A stretch of 64,000 nucleotides of DNA, from IMG/VR virus record IMGVR_UViG_3300045996_003734, positions 32,001 through 96,000 of that record. The stretch is one strand, 5' to 3'. This DNA is from a virus. Below the pieces are notes generated by a model. That model saw only the letters and a program-made list of their open reading frames with translations, searched no databases and was not told the DNA's origin. Made by a program: the position numbers and the translations under genes. This document shows, piece after piece, positions 9,441-19,319 of this stretch (its first letter is position 1; each line of letters begins with the position of its first letter).

Positions 9441-9763
9441 GACACCGTGCCCGAAGCGCTACCGGTGGCGGTGGTTGCTCCGGTCTGCGCCGCTGCTGTG
9501 CCCGTCGTCGATACCGCGATCCCACTCGCCACCGTGGCCGACACGGACGCGTTGTCCTTGATGTGCGGGATGATCTTTGCGACCGCGCGAGCTAGCACGG
9601 CTAACTGCTCCAGCGCATTCGCCTTCGCTACTGGGTTTGCGTCGAGACTTGAGAGGTCGTTGCCCTCCACCAGCACGTCGAAGACCTCGCCTGCGGCACC
9701 GGTGCTCGTCGTCACGACTCCGGTCAGCGCGTTGATTACGATCGACCCTTCAACCATTGCCAT
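9437..9763 (-). CDS. Small spike-adjacent protein (possible spike tip)
   Basis: AGGAG RBS; Thr/Gly-rich C-terminus; directly follows the spike gene. Confidence 0.6.
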   Translation of the reverse strand: MAMVEGSIVINALTGVVTTSTGAAGEVFDVLVEGNDLSSLDANPVAKANALEQLAVLARAVAKIIPHIKDNASVSATVASGIAVSTTGTAAAQTGATTATGSASGTVS

Positions 9764-9774
9764 GGCGAGAACTC

Positions 9775-10503
9775 CTAGAGAGGGCTCACGAAAACGCTCG
9801 GGGAAGGCGGGGACGCGGGCCCAGCAAGTAGGGGGATGCCCGTCTCCGCCGAGGCGCCCAGGTAGACGTTGCCCTTCAGCATGATCTTCGGCGCCTGCAA
9901 CGTGAACTCCCCCGGCTTCGCGCGGAGGAAGGTGTCGGCATCGAGCAGCGCGACGAGGCCGTCCTCCTTGGTGAGCGAGAGCTGGTAGCCCTCGCCGTGG
10001 GTGATGCTGATGCTCTCGTTGCCGTCGGTGGGGTCGACGATGATCGCGTGCGCCTTGGTGGGCACGCCATCGACGAACGCGTAGGGCACGTAGAGCGTCA
10101 TGACGCTCTCCTCCGCCGCGTTGTCATCGAAGCTTAGGAAGCCGCCGCCGTAGCTGCTCAGCCCAGTGGTGCCGACCTTAGGAGGGAGGGTCCGCTGCAA
10201 GCGCAGGTCGCGGGCAACCAGCGGAATCAGGCCCCCACCCTTGCGCACGGCGATGCCTTCGGCGCCTACTTGCTTACCGCCAACGTCGGCCGGCGGCCGC
10301 GGGCGCCAGACCACGGGCCCGGTGTACTGCTCCTTGTCGATGAACTTCTCGCCAGGGCCTTCGCCGAGCGGGTCGTCCACGTCGCCGACAGCGCCCTCCC
10401 CGCCCCACAGCACCGCGCTGTGCTCGCCCACGACCGTCGAGCCGATCACTCGCACGAAGCTGAGGGCCCAGTCGCTCAGGTAGGAAACCATCAGAGCGCC
10501 CAA
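9775..10503 (-). CDS. Baseplate spike (gp45/gpV-like)
   Basis: Follows the hub gene; beta-strand-repeat C-terminus (FTLQAPKIMLKGNVYLG). Confidence 0.7.
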   Translation of the reverse strand: MGALMVSYLSDWALSFVRVIGSTVVGEHSAVLWGGEGAVGDVDDPLGEGPGEKFIDKEQYTGPVVWRPRPPADVGGKQVGAEGIAVRKGGGLIPLVARDLRLQRTLPPKVGTTGLSSYGGGFLSFDDNAAEESVMTLYVPYAFVDGVPTKAHAIIVDPTDGNESISITHGEGYQLSLTKEDGLVALLDADTFLRAKPGEFTLQAPKIMLKGNVYLGASAETGIPLLAGPASPPSPSVFVSPL

Positions 10504-11630
10504 ATCCCCCGACCGCAGCAGGTCAACGTGGTGGTGTGGGAACGGTCAGCGGAGCCGGCTTGCTTGCACTGGTACACGAGGTAGGCGCCGTTCGCCCCTC
10601 CCGCGATGTCCACGGACACTGCTGCGACGGTGTCGATGCCGTACGCGACGCGCTGCGAGCCGGTCCAGTAACTCAGCCCGTCGGTCTCGAGCACCCACGA
10701 GTCCGAGGCGAGCCGGCGCTTCATGAGCTCCCTTCGCGCTCTCGCCACGGCCTGCGACTGCGTGACGATCGACTCGTCGATGACGATGGCCGTGCGGTCG
10801 AGCACGGGATCCACGCCCGCCAGCACCGGGTCGGAGGCCATGAACTTGATGCGGGCCTTCTGCTGGTCTCGCCCGCCGCCCACGCCGAAAACCCACAGCT
10901 GGGCCGGCACATCCTCGAAGTCCTCGGTCTTCGTCGCCGCGAGGAGGTTGTTGGTGCGCCCGTCAATGCCCCGGTGGGCGGTCATGAAGTAGCTCGCGCT
11001 CTGCTCGTCGTTCGGTGCGCCGATGACGATCCGACCGTCCGGCGCGTCCCACATCATGAGGTGAAAGCGCGAGAGGTGCCGCTCGGCGAACGACCACACG
11101 CTCTCCGGAGGATGCGGCCGCGCCTCTTCTTCCTTCATGGCCGCGAGGTCGAGCGTCGCCGTCCCACCCTTCCCCTTGCCCGTCACGAGGTCGCGCGCCA
11201 GGTCCGTGGCGAAGATGAAGTCGTCGCGCGTGAGGCCCATGCGCGCGAAAGCCGCGAGCACTACCGCCTCGAGTGTGGTGTTGCTCACGCCGATCTTGGA
11301 GTCCACCGCCGTGAACATCGCGTCCGCCAGCTTGGTGCGCACGATGACCTGAACGGTGCCGCCGGCGTCGGCCGAAACAGCCAGGTTCCGCGTGAGCAGC
11401 CGTCCCGTTATCCGCGGCGTGTCGTTCACGCTGATCGCGAATTGCCCGCCGATCGCGAGCGCTTCGCGGATCGCCGACCAGGTCCCGTCGTCGCCGAGCT
11501 CGAAGCGCGCCGCGCTGGGTCCAGTGAGGTCCGTCAGGATCTCGTACTGCGTGGCGCGGTCGACGACGATGCTGAAGCCGCCGCCGCGCACGCTCTCGAT
11601 GAGCACCGTATCTCGGAGGCGTCTGGCCAT
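10491..11630 (-). CDS. Baseplate hub protein (Mu gp44/gpP-like)
   Basis: PPESVWSFAERH...MMWDAPDGRIVI, ARARRE motifs. Confidence 0.85.
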   Translation of the reverse strand: MARRLRDTVLIESVRGGGFSIVVDRATQYEILTDLTGPSAARFELGDDGTWSAIREALAIGGQFAISVNDTPRITGRLLTRNLAVSADAGGTVQVIVRTKLADAMFTAVDSKIGVSNTTLEAVVLAAFARMGLTRDDFIFATDLARDLVTGKGKGGTATLDLAAMKEEEARPHPPESVWSFAERHLSRFHLMMWDAPDGRIVIGAPNDEQSASYFMTAHRGIDGRTNNLLAATKTEDFEDVPAQLWVFGVGGGRDQQKARIKFMASDPVLAGVDPVLDRTAIVIDESIVTQSQAVARARRELMKRRLASDSWVLETDGLSYWTGSQRVAYGIDTVAAVSVDIAGGANGAYLVYQCKQAGSADRSHTTTLTCCGRGIWAL

Positions 11631-11632
11631 GG

Positions 11633-12655
11633 CTACTCCGCGAACACCTTCACGCTGGCGCCTTGCTCGATGTACGAGAAGTCCTCGACGTCGCTGTTGA
11701 TCGACATGAGTTCCCGGGCGTTCTGCCCGAGCTCGGTGGCGATCAGCCAGATGGTGGTGCGACGCCGCGCGGTGTAGCCGCGGGTCTTCGGCAAGGACGC
11801 GAGCGCCTCCGCCTCCGCGTTGGCGGCGAGTTCGAGCAGCGCCAGCAGCTTGCCGCGCGCGCTCGCGCCGTCGGGACCGTTCATCTGGTCTCGTCCCTCC
11901 TCGCCCGACGAGAACGCGTCCAACAGGAGCCTGCTCGCGCGCCGGAGCCGCTGCGCCTGCACCGCGATCGACTGGGCGAATTCCTCCGGTTGGCTGATCA
12001 GCCTGGCCAAGCCCGCCGCCAGCTCGACGATGTTCGCGCCTGGGTCGCCGATGCCCCCGAAGTCAGAGAAGCTCCGGAGGCTGTCGGTCGCGGCGGCGCT
12101 CATGCCGTCCTGCTCGAGCGAGAACACCGCTTCCTCAGCGGCGCGCTTCACATTGGCTTTGACGGCCACGGCCTCGAAGGCCTCGCGATCCAGCGCGTCC
12201 TCGTTGTCCTGCTTGAACATGACGCTCAGCGACTCGCCGCCGCGGTTGTCATCCGGTGCCGCGCGGCGCTGCCAGGTGAGCGGCTTCACGCGCAGCCCGC
12301 GCTTCCACGGCAGGTTAAGCGTCGCCGTGCGCCCAGTCTTGAACTGCCGAACGAGCGCCTCGAGCAGGTCCGGCCAAATCTGAATGCCCTGCGTGTCCAG
12401 CTCCGGCTCGCTGACGTCGTTGTTGAAGATGAAGCCGAGCGTGAAGACGTCCGGCATGGCGCCAGTTTCGTCGAGCTTGGCGCCCGGCTGCCAAGGGCGC
12501 ACGCGCTCTACGACGCGCAGCCCTCCGTCCTCGCCGACCTCGCGCAGCGCCAACAGCAGCGCGCTCTCCCCGTCGGCCTTGTACGACGTCGGGCCGAGCA
12601 GGAGCCACGGATCGCCGTCCGTCTCCAGCGCCGTCGTGAGCTTCTCGCGAGCCAT
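11633..12655 (-). CDS. Mu gp43-like DNA circularisation/tube initiator protein
   Basis: After tape measure; LNLPW motif; LysM-like C-terminus. Confidence 0.75.
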   Translation of the reverse strand: MAREKLTTALETDGDPWLLLGPTSYKADGESALLLALREVGEDGGLRVVERVRPWQPGAKLDETGAMPDVFTLGFIFNNDVSEPELDTQGIQIWPDLLEALVRQFKTGRTATLNLPWKRGLRVKPLTWQRRAAPDDNRGGESLSVMFKQDNEDALDREAFEAVAVKANVKRAAEEAVFSLEQDGMSAAATDSLRSFSDFGGIGDPGANIVELAAGLARLISQPEEFAQSIAVQAQRLRRASRLLLDAFSSGEEGRDQMNGPDGASARGKLLALLELAANAEAEALASLPKTRGYTARRRTTIWLIATELGQNARELMSINSDVEDFSYIEQGASVKVFAE

Positions 12656-12658
12656 TGC

Positions 12659-14668
12659 CTACTTTGGCGTGCTGCCGCTCTGGTTACCCGGCGCGGGCGG
12701 CAGGCCGTTCTTGCCGCCTCCCCCGCCGCCCGGCGGGTGGATCTTGTCCATCGCTTTCGCGAGGCGCTCTGCCGACTGCGCAGCCCGTTCGTGTGCCTGC
12801 GCCACCTTGTCTCCGCCCTTGGCGCCCTTCGACATGGCCACCTCGAGCTCGCGCAGCTCCGCCTCGGCCTTGGCGATGACGTTGGCCTGGACGTCCCCCT
12901 TCACGTCCCCGCCGCTGACCAGCTGGGCAGCGGCACCGAACGTGTCGTCCATAAAGCCGCCGACGCCCTCGCGGTTCTTCTTGGCGGCGTCGATGCGAGC
13001 GCGAAGCGTGTCCGCCTCCTTCGCCATACGCGCCTGGTTGCCGCTCGCCTTCGCGGCAGCAGCCCCGGCGCCGGCCGTGGCGAGGTCGCCCTGGTCCTTG
13101 GCCTTGTCCTCGTAGATGCTGTCGATGGCGGCCTTGCCGAGCTCGTAGGCCACGGCCGCCGCGACCGCGATGCCCGCCGCCGCGCCGAGGCTCTTGCCGG
13201 CGGTGGACCACGCACCGTTCCTAGCGGCTTCCGCGGCGAGGTTCGCGCCGATGCTCTTGCCGAGCGAGATGGCCTTGTCCTTGCCGAGCCCAGCGACGTC
13301 GCCCGCGATCGAGCCCGCCGCCGACATGCCAGCGCCCTTTCCAAGGAAAGCCGCTCCCGCGAGGATCGGATGGTCCGCTGCGAACTCGAGTAAGCTGGTG
13401 AAGCCGTTGGTCAGGCGCGGCAGCAGCTGCGCCAGCTTCTCCATCGAGGCCATCATCTCGGGCTTCGTGAAGGCCGTCTTGAACCGGTTCATGACGTCGG
13501 CCATCACGCGGTCCGGGTCCTTGGCGGCGCGCTTCTTGGCCTCGGCCTCGAGCTGGGCGGCGGTCAGGCTCGTCTTGCCGGCCGCCTCGAGTGCCTGGTG
13601 GAAGGCGTCGAGCGCCGCCGCGGTCTTCTTCTTGGCGGTACCCTCGGTCTCGGCGAACACCTTCTGGTAGGTCTTGCCGAAGTCGCTCACCAGCTTGAGC
13701 GTGTCGCCCTGGAACACCTTCGAGAGCGTCTCTTCCTTGCCGCCAGTCTTGGCCAGGATCTTGTCGAGCGCGTCCTTCCGAGCGCCTCCGCCCTTCTCGG
13801 TGATCTTGATGCCAAGGTCCTTCTCGATGCTCTTCAGCTTGTCGGCGTTGCCGAAGGTCTCCATCAGGCTGGTGACCGCCGTCAGGTTCTTCTTGAAGCT
13901 GCCGGTGACGTTGTCGCCGACGTTCAGCATACCGAGCACCTGCTGAAGGCCGGCCTTTCCCTCGAGGCCCATCTGCTTCGCAGACGCGCCAACGATACCG
14001 AGCTTGGCGCCGAGGTCGTCGATGTTCGCGCCGCCCTTGCTCGAGAGCTCGATGACGGAGGCCAGCGCGTCCTGCATCTCGTTGCCGGCGATGCCGAACT
14101 TCTCGTTGAGGGTTCCAGCGATCGCGGTCAGCGTGTTGACGCTCTTGCCGCTGGCGTTCGCTGCGATGGCGATGGCGTCGAGCGCGTCGGCAGAGAACTG
14201 CGCGTCCCCCGTCTCGTCGTAGAGCGCGGCGTAGGCGCCGGCGAGCTCGTTGACGTCGCGCTTCCAACGCTTCGCCGCGCCCTCCACGTCCTTCTGGACG
14301 TCGGTCCACTCGACCGCCTTGCCTGTGCCCGTGCTGATGGCGAAGGCGAGGTCCTTGTAAATGCCGACCAGCTCGGTGCCGCTCTTGGCGCCGGCGGCCA
14401 CGGAGAGCGCGCCGCCGAGCGTGGCCGCCTGCCCGATGGTGTTCTTCAGCTCCTTGCCGAGGTCCGCAAGCGTGTCCTTGGCCGCGCCGAAGCCCTTCTT
14501 GATCGAGCCTAGTGCCGGGTGGAGCTTCCGCTCGGCCTTCTCGCCGGCCTCGCCCACTCCCTCGATTTCGTGGCCGAGCTCGGCCGCTTTCTTCTCGATC
14601 TCCTTGAGCATCGAGAGGAAGCCGCCGGCGGCGAGCTCGAGCCGGACCTTGGCGTCTTTCTCAGACAT
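12659..14668 (-). CDS. Tail tape measure protein
   Basis: 669 aa, Ala/Gly/Lys-rich helical; after the chaperone. Confidence 0.9.
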   Translation of the reverse strand: MSEKDAKVRLELAAGGFLSMLKEIEKKAAELGHEIEGVGEAGEKAERKLHPALGSIKKGFGAAKDTLADLGKELKNTIGQAATLGGALSVAAGAKSGTELVGIYKDLAFAISTGTGKAVEWTDVQKDVEGAAKRWKRDVNELAGAYAALYDETGDAQFSADALDAIAIAANASGKSVNTLTAIAGTLNEKFGIAGNEMQDALASVIELSSKGGANIDDLGAKLGIVGASAKQMGLEGKAGLQQVLGMLNVGDNVTGSFKKNLTAVTSLMETFGNADKLKSIEKDLGIKITEKGGGARKDALDKILAKTGGKEETLSKVFQGDTLKLVSDFGKTYQKVFAETEGTAKKKTAAALDAFHQALEAAGKTSLTAAQLEAEAKKRAAKDPDRVMADVMNRFKTAFTKPEMMASMEKLAQLLPRLTNGFTSLLEFAADHPILAGAAFLGKGAGMSAAGSIAGDVAGLGKDKAISLGKSIGANLAAEAARNGAWSTAGKSLGAAAGIAVAAAVAYELGKAAIDSIYEDKAKDQGDLATAGAGAAAAKASGNQARMAKEADTLRARIDAAKKNREGVGGFMDDTFGAAAQLVSGGDVKGDVQANVIAKAEAELRELEVAMSKGAKGGDKVAQAHERAAQSAERLAKAMDKIHPPGGGGGGKNGLPPAPGNQSGSTPK

Positions 14669-14752
14669 CGTCCTTCCCCAGGTCGTTCAGGATTCTGCGC
14701 CACTCGGGGTCGGCGTTGTCGCCGCGCACGATGGCTGCGAGTTCGTTGAACT

Positions 14753-15358
14753 TCAGGGTTCCGGCGTCGAGGTCTCGGCAGATTGCAACCAGGACGGCGC
14801 CGTCGGTGAGCGCAAAGCTTCCCGCGCCATACGTATGATGCAGCTGGGCTGCTCGTGCCCAACGATACCGAGTAAAGGGAGGATGCTGCGTCGCTTCGCC
14901 ACCTCGCTCAGCATGCGCCAGAAGGCGTCGTCGGTGGTGACGGGCTCGCGCGGATCGATGAGCGCCTTGTACGCGTTGATGCGCTCCTGAATGTCCTTCA
15001 GGCCGCCCTCGTCCCATGCCGCCAGCTCGGCGTAGTTCATGAGCTGGCCGTGCGGCGCGTCGAAGGTGCGGATGGCTCGAGCGAGCAGGCACACCTGCTC
15101 CATGTCGTCGAACAAGGCCTTGTCGCGGTCGGGGTCTAGCGCCTTTTTCGAGGCGAACCAAAGGCGCGCCTGCGTGCGGGCCTCGACCTCGTCGTCCGGG
15201 ACGGGCACCCAGACGCGCACCTTTTTCTCCTCGACCTTCCCCAGTTCGTTGCGCCGACGGATCTTGTCTTCGAAGAGCAGCCGGCCCGACTCGTGGCGGA
15301 CCAGCTCGAGCTCTTCCCATGATGCACCGCCGAACGCAGGGATCGCAGCGCCCGCCAT
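14753..15358 (-). CDS. Tail assembly chaperone (G); the -1 frameshifted GT form would end at 14661
   Basis: Between tube and tape measure; in-frame C CCT TTA heptamer at 14879-14873. Confidence 0.75.
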   Translation of the reverse strand: MAGAAIPAFGGASWEELELVRHESGRLLFEDKIRRRNELGKVEEKKVRVWVPVPDDEVEARTQARLWFASKKALDPDRDKALFDDMEQVCLLARAIRTFDAPHGQLMNYAELAAWDEGGLKDIQERINAYKALIDPREPVTTDDAFWRMLSEVAKRRSILPLLGIVGHEQPSCIIRMAREALRSPTAPSWLQSAETSTPEP

Positions 15359-15744
15359 CAGACGGGGTCGCCCTGCGCCTTACCAACGAGGCTCACGCTG
15401 AACTCGATGGCGTTATCGACGTTGGCGACGATCTGCGGCTTCGTGAACCGACCGGTGCAGGTGAACACCAGGCCCGGCACCTTGAGGCGAAGGTTCTGGA
15501 CCTTGCGCTTGCGGTAGCTCGTCATGTAGTCGCGCTCGAAACCTTCGTTCGAGATCAGCGACTTGAAGCTCACGGTGCAGCTGCGCATGCCGTGGGTCGA
15601 GCCCGCGGGGTTCATGCGCAGCGTCGCGAGGACTTTTTCCCCGTCTTCGAACGCGAACGTCACGTCCGCACAGTCGACGAGGTCGCCGGCGCCGAGAGCG
15701 ACCTGGCCTTTTGGGTAGTCGAGAAAGTCGGAATTATCGGCCAT
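15358..15744 (-). CDS. Tail tube protein
   Basis: 128-aa beta protein directly after the sheath. Confidence 0.8.
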   Translation of the reverse strand: MADNSDFLDYPKGQVALGAGDLVDCADVTFAFEDGEKVLATLRMNPAGSTHGMRSCTVSFKSLISNEGFERDYMTSYRKRKVQNLRLKVPGLVFTCTGRFTKPQIVANVDNAIEFSVSLVGKAQGDPV

Positions 15745-15748
15745 TTGC

Positions 15749-17269
15749 TCAGCCCACCTTCGCCACGACTAGGGAAATCTTAGCGAGAATCTTGAACGCT
15801 TTTGCCGGAATGAAGATGTCCAGCTGGTTCTCGTCGGCGCCATCGACCTCGCAAATCAGCGTGCCGTCGTCCACGGTGCTCTGGAACTTCACGCCGTCGA
15901 TGACGCCCTTCGGCACGTGGAAGTTGAGCGTGCGCCGAATCACCCAGGCTTTGGCGTCGCGCTCCTCGATGACTCCCGCGGGGTTGGGGTCGTCGCCTTC
16001 TTTGCGGTTCTTCGCGATCTTTACTTGCCCGTCGGGGCTCATGAACTCCTGCGGGAGGCCGATGCGGAGGTCCTTGCTGTAGTCGTACAGCGCGTCGACC
16101 TCGTTCACGTCGAACACCCGACGGTCCTGGTTGCCGAGCGTGTCGATCGAGTGCGTCGTGACCGAGCGCAGGATAATGGGCGCGCCGCTCGCCGAGTAGC
16201 CGACGATGGACACGCCGTTGTTGAGCGCGTCGATGACCTCGGGATCCGAGGGCTGATCGCCGTTAACGTCAGCGGAGCCGCGGACCCGCTTGAGCGGCTG
16301 AAGAACGCGATTAGCGTTGCTCTCCTTTGCACGCCGACGCATGCGATCGCCGGCCTCTGCGGCCGCGATTTCGCAGGGCAGGGACTCGTCGCTGACGCTA
16401 AGAACGTGCTGGAGGTTAGTGTGGTTGCGCGCGATGGCGCCGGTCTTGGCCTGGGCGATGCTGCCGGTTGAACCGTACACCGCTTGCTGCAGCCGGGAGT
16501 TGAAGCCCGTCACGTTCGCGTCGATGTGCGTCGCCACCCGCGCCGCGTTCGTGGAGCCGCCGGACGCCTGCGCATCGGCGTTGCTCAGGCAAGGGACGAT
16601 GAAGTCGTACTCCTTCGAGAGCGCCGCGAGCGCGGCCGTCATATCGACTTCAACCGTGCCGCCCGTGAGAGTGGCGCCGCTGGGCGTGAGAGTAGCGCCG
16701 GTGCCGGTGAGCTGCTTTACACGCAAGCGAATGTCGTTGCCGGCCGTCCCCTTGCTCCGCGCGAGCAGGTTCATAGCGCCCGCCGTCCCTGCACTGGCAA
16801 CGCAGAAGAGGTCCGTTCCCTTCTGATTGATGCGCGGGAAGTTGTTGTCACGCGCTGCCGTCGCAGCCTCGCCCACGTTCCAGAACACGTCGACCGAGAC
16901 GCCCTGAATCCAAACGCGCCAGGAGCAATTGCTCGTGGGAGTGCCGGCAAAGGTCAACGTGCCGCTCGCGGCGACGCCCGCCGATTCCGTGCAGCACACC
17001 AGGTCCACGAGCGCCTGCGGATGGTTCTCGACGAACGACTGGAACGCGAAGTAGCCGAGGCAGCGCCCAGCCGCGACCTCGACGTCCTCCTTCGAGTAGA
17101 CGGTGCGAGCTTCGTTGACGGGCAGGTCACCACCCGACGTTGCTGGCGGCGAGATGATGACCGCGCGAAGGCCGGCCACGCCGGGGCTTGAGGCGCCGCG
17201 CAAGAGCGCAACGGAGAGCGCGAGGCCGGGCCTCGGATTGCTCGGATCTACGGCGAGCGGGGCGACCAT
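15749..17269 (-). CDS. Tail sheath protein (Mu gpL-like)
   Basis: ARSKGTAGNDI, LTGGT, ALNNGVS, ILRSVTT motifs. Confidence 0.93.
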   Translation of the reverse strand: MVAPLAVDPSNPRPGLALSVALLRGASSPGVAGLRAVIISPPATSGGDLPVNEARTVYSKEDVEVAAGRCLGYFAFQSFVENHPQALVDLVCCTESAGVAASGTLTFAGTPTSNCSWRVWIQGVSVDVFWNVGEAATAARDNNFPRINQKGTDLFCVASAGTAGAMNLLARSKGTAGNDIRLRVKQLTGTGATLTPSGATLTGGTVEVDMTAALAALSKEYDFIVPCLSNADAQASGGSTNAARVATHIDANVTGFNSRLQQAVYGSTGSIAQAKTGAIARNHTNLQHVLSVSDESLPCEIAAAEAGDRMRRRAKESNANRVLQPLKRVRGSADVNGDQPSDPEVIDALNNGVSIVGYSASGAPIILRSVTTHSIDTLGNQDRRVFDVNEVDALYDYSKDLRIGLPQEFMSPDGQVKIAKNRKEGDDPNPAGVIEERDAKAWVIRRTLNFHVPKGVIDGVKFQSTVDDGTLICEVDGADENQLDIFIPAKAFKILAKISLVVAKVG

Positions 17270-17712
17270 TACTTGTTCTTCTTCCTGCCCTCAGGCTTGG
17301 GCTCCGCCTCGGCAGGCGGGGTGATTTCGGGCTCGGGCTCGGGAGCTGGCTCGGGCTCGGGCTCGGGCTCGGGCGCGGGCTCGGGAGCTGGCGCGGGCGG
17401 AGGGAAACGCTCTGCCTCGCGGGCTTCCTCGAGCTGGAGCCACGCCAGCCAGTCCTCGCGGGTGCGCTCGACCAGGTCGCGGTGCTTCAGCGCATTCCGC
17501 AGCTCGCGGTCGTACCGCGCGCAGAAGGCGGCCGTGAGCGGGACGACACACTCGGTGTCCCAAACGATCGCCTCAGCGCCCTCGGCGCGCTCCGCCGCCG
17601 TCGCGACGCGAGCGCCAAAGCTGCTGCCGTTGGCGTCCCAGCGCGACACGAGCCGCCCCTCGACGGACGAGACGTAGCGCGCGAATTCGATGGCGGGAGC
17701 TTCGTCGGGCAT
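17269..17712 (-). CDS. Hypothetical protein with a (PE)n tail
   Basis: Coupled to the sheath start (TAATG). Confidence 0.65.
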   Translation of the reverse strand: MPDEAPAIEFARYVSSVEGRLVSRWDANGSSFGARVATAAERAEGAEAIVWDTECVVPLTAAFCARYDRELRNALKHRDLVERTREDWLAWLQLEEAREAERFPPPAPAPEPAPEPEPEPEPAPEPEPEITPPAEAEPKPEGRKKNK

Positions 17713-17740
17713 TGAGCCCGACTGGTCTAAACGCCGGGCC

Positions 17741-18694
17741 CTACGGTGACCCGTTCGGAGGCATCGGGTCGGTCACATCGGGCAGCTTGATGGGCGGCGA
17801 AATCGCCGGCCCCTCTCCGTTGGTCCCGGTGAGGTTCTGCATGCGCGTGCGGAGCCAGTCGTTGTACTCGGTGGTCTGCCGTCGGTGCTGGAGCGTGACG
17901 GTGCAGCCGATACGCACGAGATCGATGTAGCTGGTGGGCGTGACGCCGAACACACGCGCGTCGAGCACCTCGGCGCCAGGCTCGTTTGCGAGCCGCAGAC
18001 CGCGCGCGCTCATGGTGTCGAAGAGCGTCTCGATGACGTCGGTGCGCAGCACGTCGCCTTCCATTTGCCGCTGTGCCTGGGTGTCGAGCCTGCCGGTGAC
18101 GAGGAAGAGCGACCACGTGTGCCGGTAGAGAAACTTGCCGCGGCCGGTGCGCGCGAGACGCGAAACGCCCTGCGCCGCCATCGGGCCGTCGAGCGGGCCG
18201 GTGCTTTCCCAGCAAAGGCAGACGCCAGGGAACTGCGACATTTGCGCGCGCAGGAACTGCTCGAAGGTCCCCTGCTCGAAGCGCTTGTAGGTCACGAGCT
18301 GCTGGATGGCGCCGACGCCCAGCTTGGCGATGCCACCGGTCAGCCCCGCCGGCGACACGCTTTCGAGCTCGATGCCCAGCTGCGGCAGCGACCAGCTGTA
18401 CTGCGTCCCCGGACTGGTGTTGCCGACCGAGCCGCCTTGCAGCGACTCAACCGGCACGAGCACGCCGGTATTTGTGACCGGCCAGTCACCCCGCTCGTTA
18501 GCGGGGTTTTTCGTGACGAACACGGTGGCCTCTTCCAGCAAACCGCCGCGCACGATCGGAACCGCGCACGCGCCAAAGGGCAAGGTGCCGGTCGGGCCGT
18601 CCGACTTCACGAGCAGTTCGCCGGCAGCGACCGTTCCCATCAACGGCGCAAGGGCGGCCTGAATCGCTCGGCCGTTGGCGATGCTGTCACTCAT
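17741..18694 (-). CDS. Tail completion/terminator-like protein (Mu gp37 position)
   Basis: Synteny; FPGVCLCW strand pattern. Confidence 0.55.
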   Translation of the reverse strand: MSDSIANGRAIQAALAPLMGTVAAGELLVKSDGPTGTLPFGACAVPIVRGGLLEEATVFVTKNPANERGDWPVTNTGVLVPVESLQGGSVGNTSPGTQYSWSLPQLGIELESVSPAGLTGGIAKLGVGAIQQLVTYKRFEQGTFEQFLRAQMSQFPGVCLCWESTGPLDGPMAAQGVSRLARTGRGKFLYRHTWSLFLVTGRLDTQAQRQMEGDVLRTDVIETLFDTMSARGLRLANEPGAEVLDARVFGVTPTSYIDLVRIGCTVTLQHRRQTTEYNDWLRTRMQNLTGTNGEGPAISPPIKLPDVTDPMPPNGSP

Positions 18695-18894
18695 GAGGGC
18701 TGGTCGGGATGGTGCCAGGTGCCGGCGGCCTTGGCCCTCGACTCTGGCGCCTCGACCTCGCTCATGCCGCCGCGCCCGTTGCCGACGAGCAGCAGCGTTC
18801 GCCCGTCCGGGCCCGGGTCGCCCAGCGTGCGCGCCTGCAGGTGCCGGCCCTCCTTGTCGACGTAGACGACGCGCAGCGGGTGCTTCCCGCTCAT
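18691..18894 (-). CDS. Small hypothetical protein
   Basis: ATGA overlaps on both sides. Confidence 0.6.
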   Translation of the reverse strand: MSGKHPLRVVYVDKEGRHLQARTLGDPGPDGRTLLLVGNGRGGMSEVEAPESRAKAAGTWHHPDQPS

Positions 18895-19319
18895 GGCGGC
18901 ATCTGCGACAGGATGAGCTCCGCGGCCTCGTCCAAGATCGGACCCTCGAAGGGACCGAGGTTGTAGAAGTCGCGCAGGGGTATCTTTCGCCGGGGCTCGG
19001 GACTCACGTGGTAGACGTCATAGCTAACCAGCGACATGGCTTCTGCAAAGGTGTCGCTCCACGCTGGCGAGACGCTTCCCGCCATCATCCCGGAATCCTG
19101 TAGGATTTTTGCGCCGGCTCCGCTCTTCCGGCGGTTGGCCAGCGTCGAATCTTCGAGCCCCCTCCAGCCGGGACCCTCCGCCTCGAAGACGTCCGCGACG
19201 CCGGCGACGAGCAGCTCGGCGATGACCGGAAGCATGCCCGGCAACGCCTGCGCCTTGGCCTGCAGCGGCCGGAGCACGGTCGAGAGGTTGTGCTCGACCT
19301 TCAGCTCGAAGAACGACAC
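18891..19319 (-). CDS. Virion morphogenesis protein (Mu gpG/P2 gpS family)
   Basis: FEAEGPGWRGL...KILQDSG...KIPLRDF. Confidence 0.88.
   Translation of the reverse strand: MSFFELKVEHNLSTVLRPLQAKAQALPGMLPVIAELLVAGVADVFEAEGPGWRGLEDSTLANRRKSGAGAKILQDSGMMAGSVSPAWSDTFAEAMSLVSYDVYHVSPEPRRKIPLRDFYNLGPFEGPILDEAAELILSQMPP

Noticed and set aside
15141-15230. G AAA AAG sites as the chaperone frameshift
   Set aside because: Imperfect heptamers early in the gene; the -1 frame there is Arg-rich and not protein-like; C CCT TTA fits better
17331-17400. GGCTCG hexamer repeat as a regulatory or contingency locus
   Set aside because: Encodes an in-frame (PE)n linker; length change would not shift the frame
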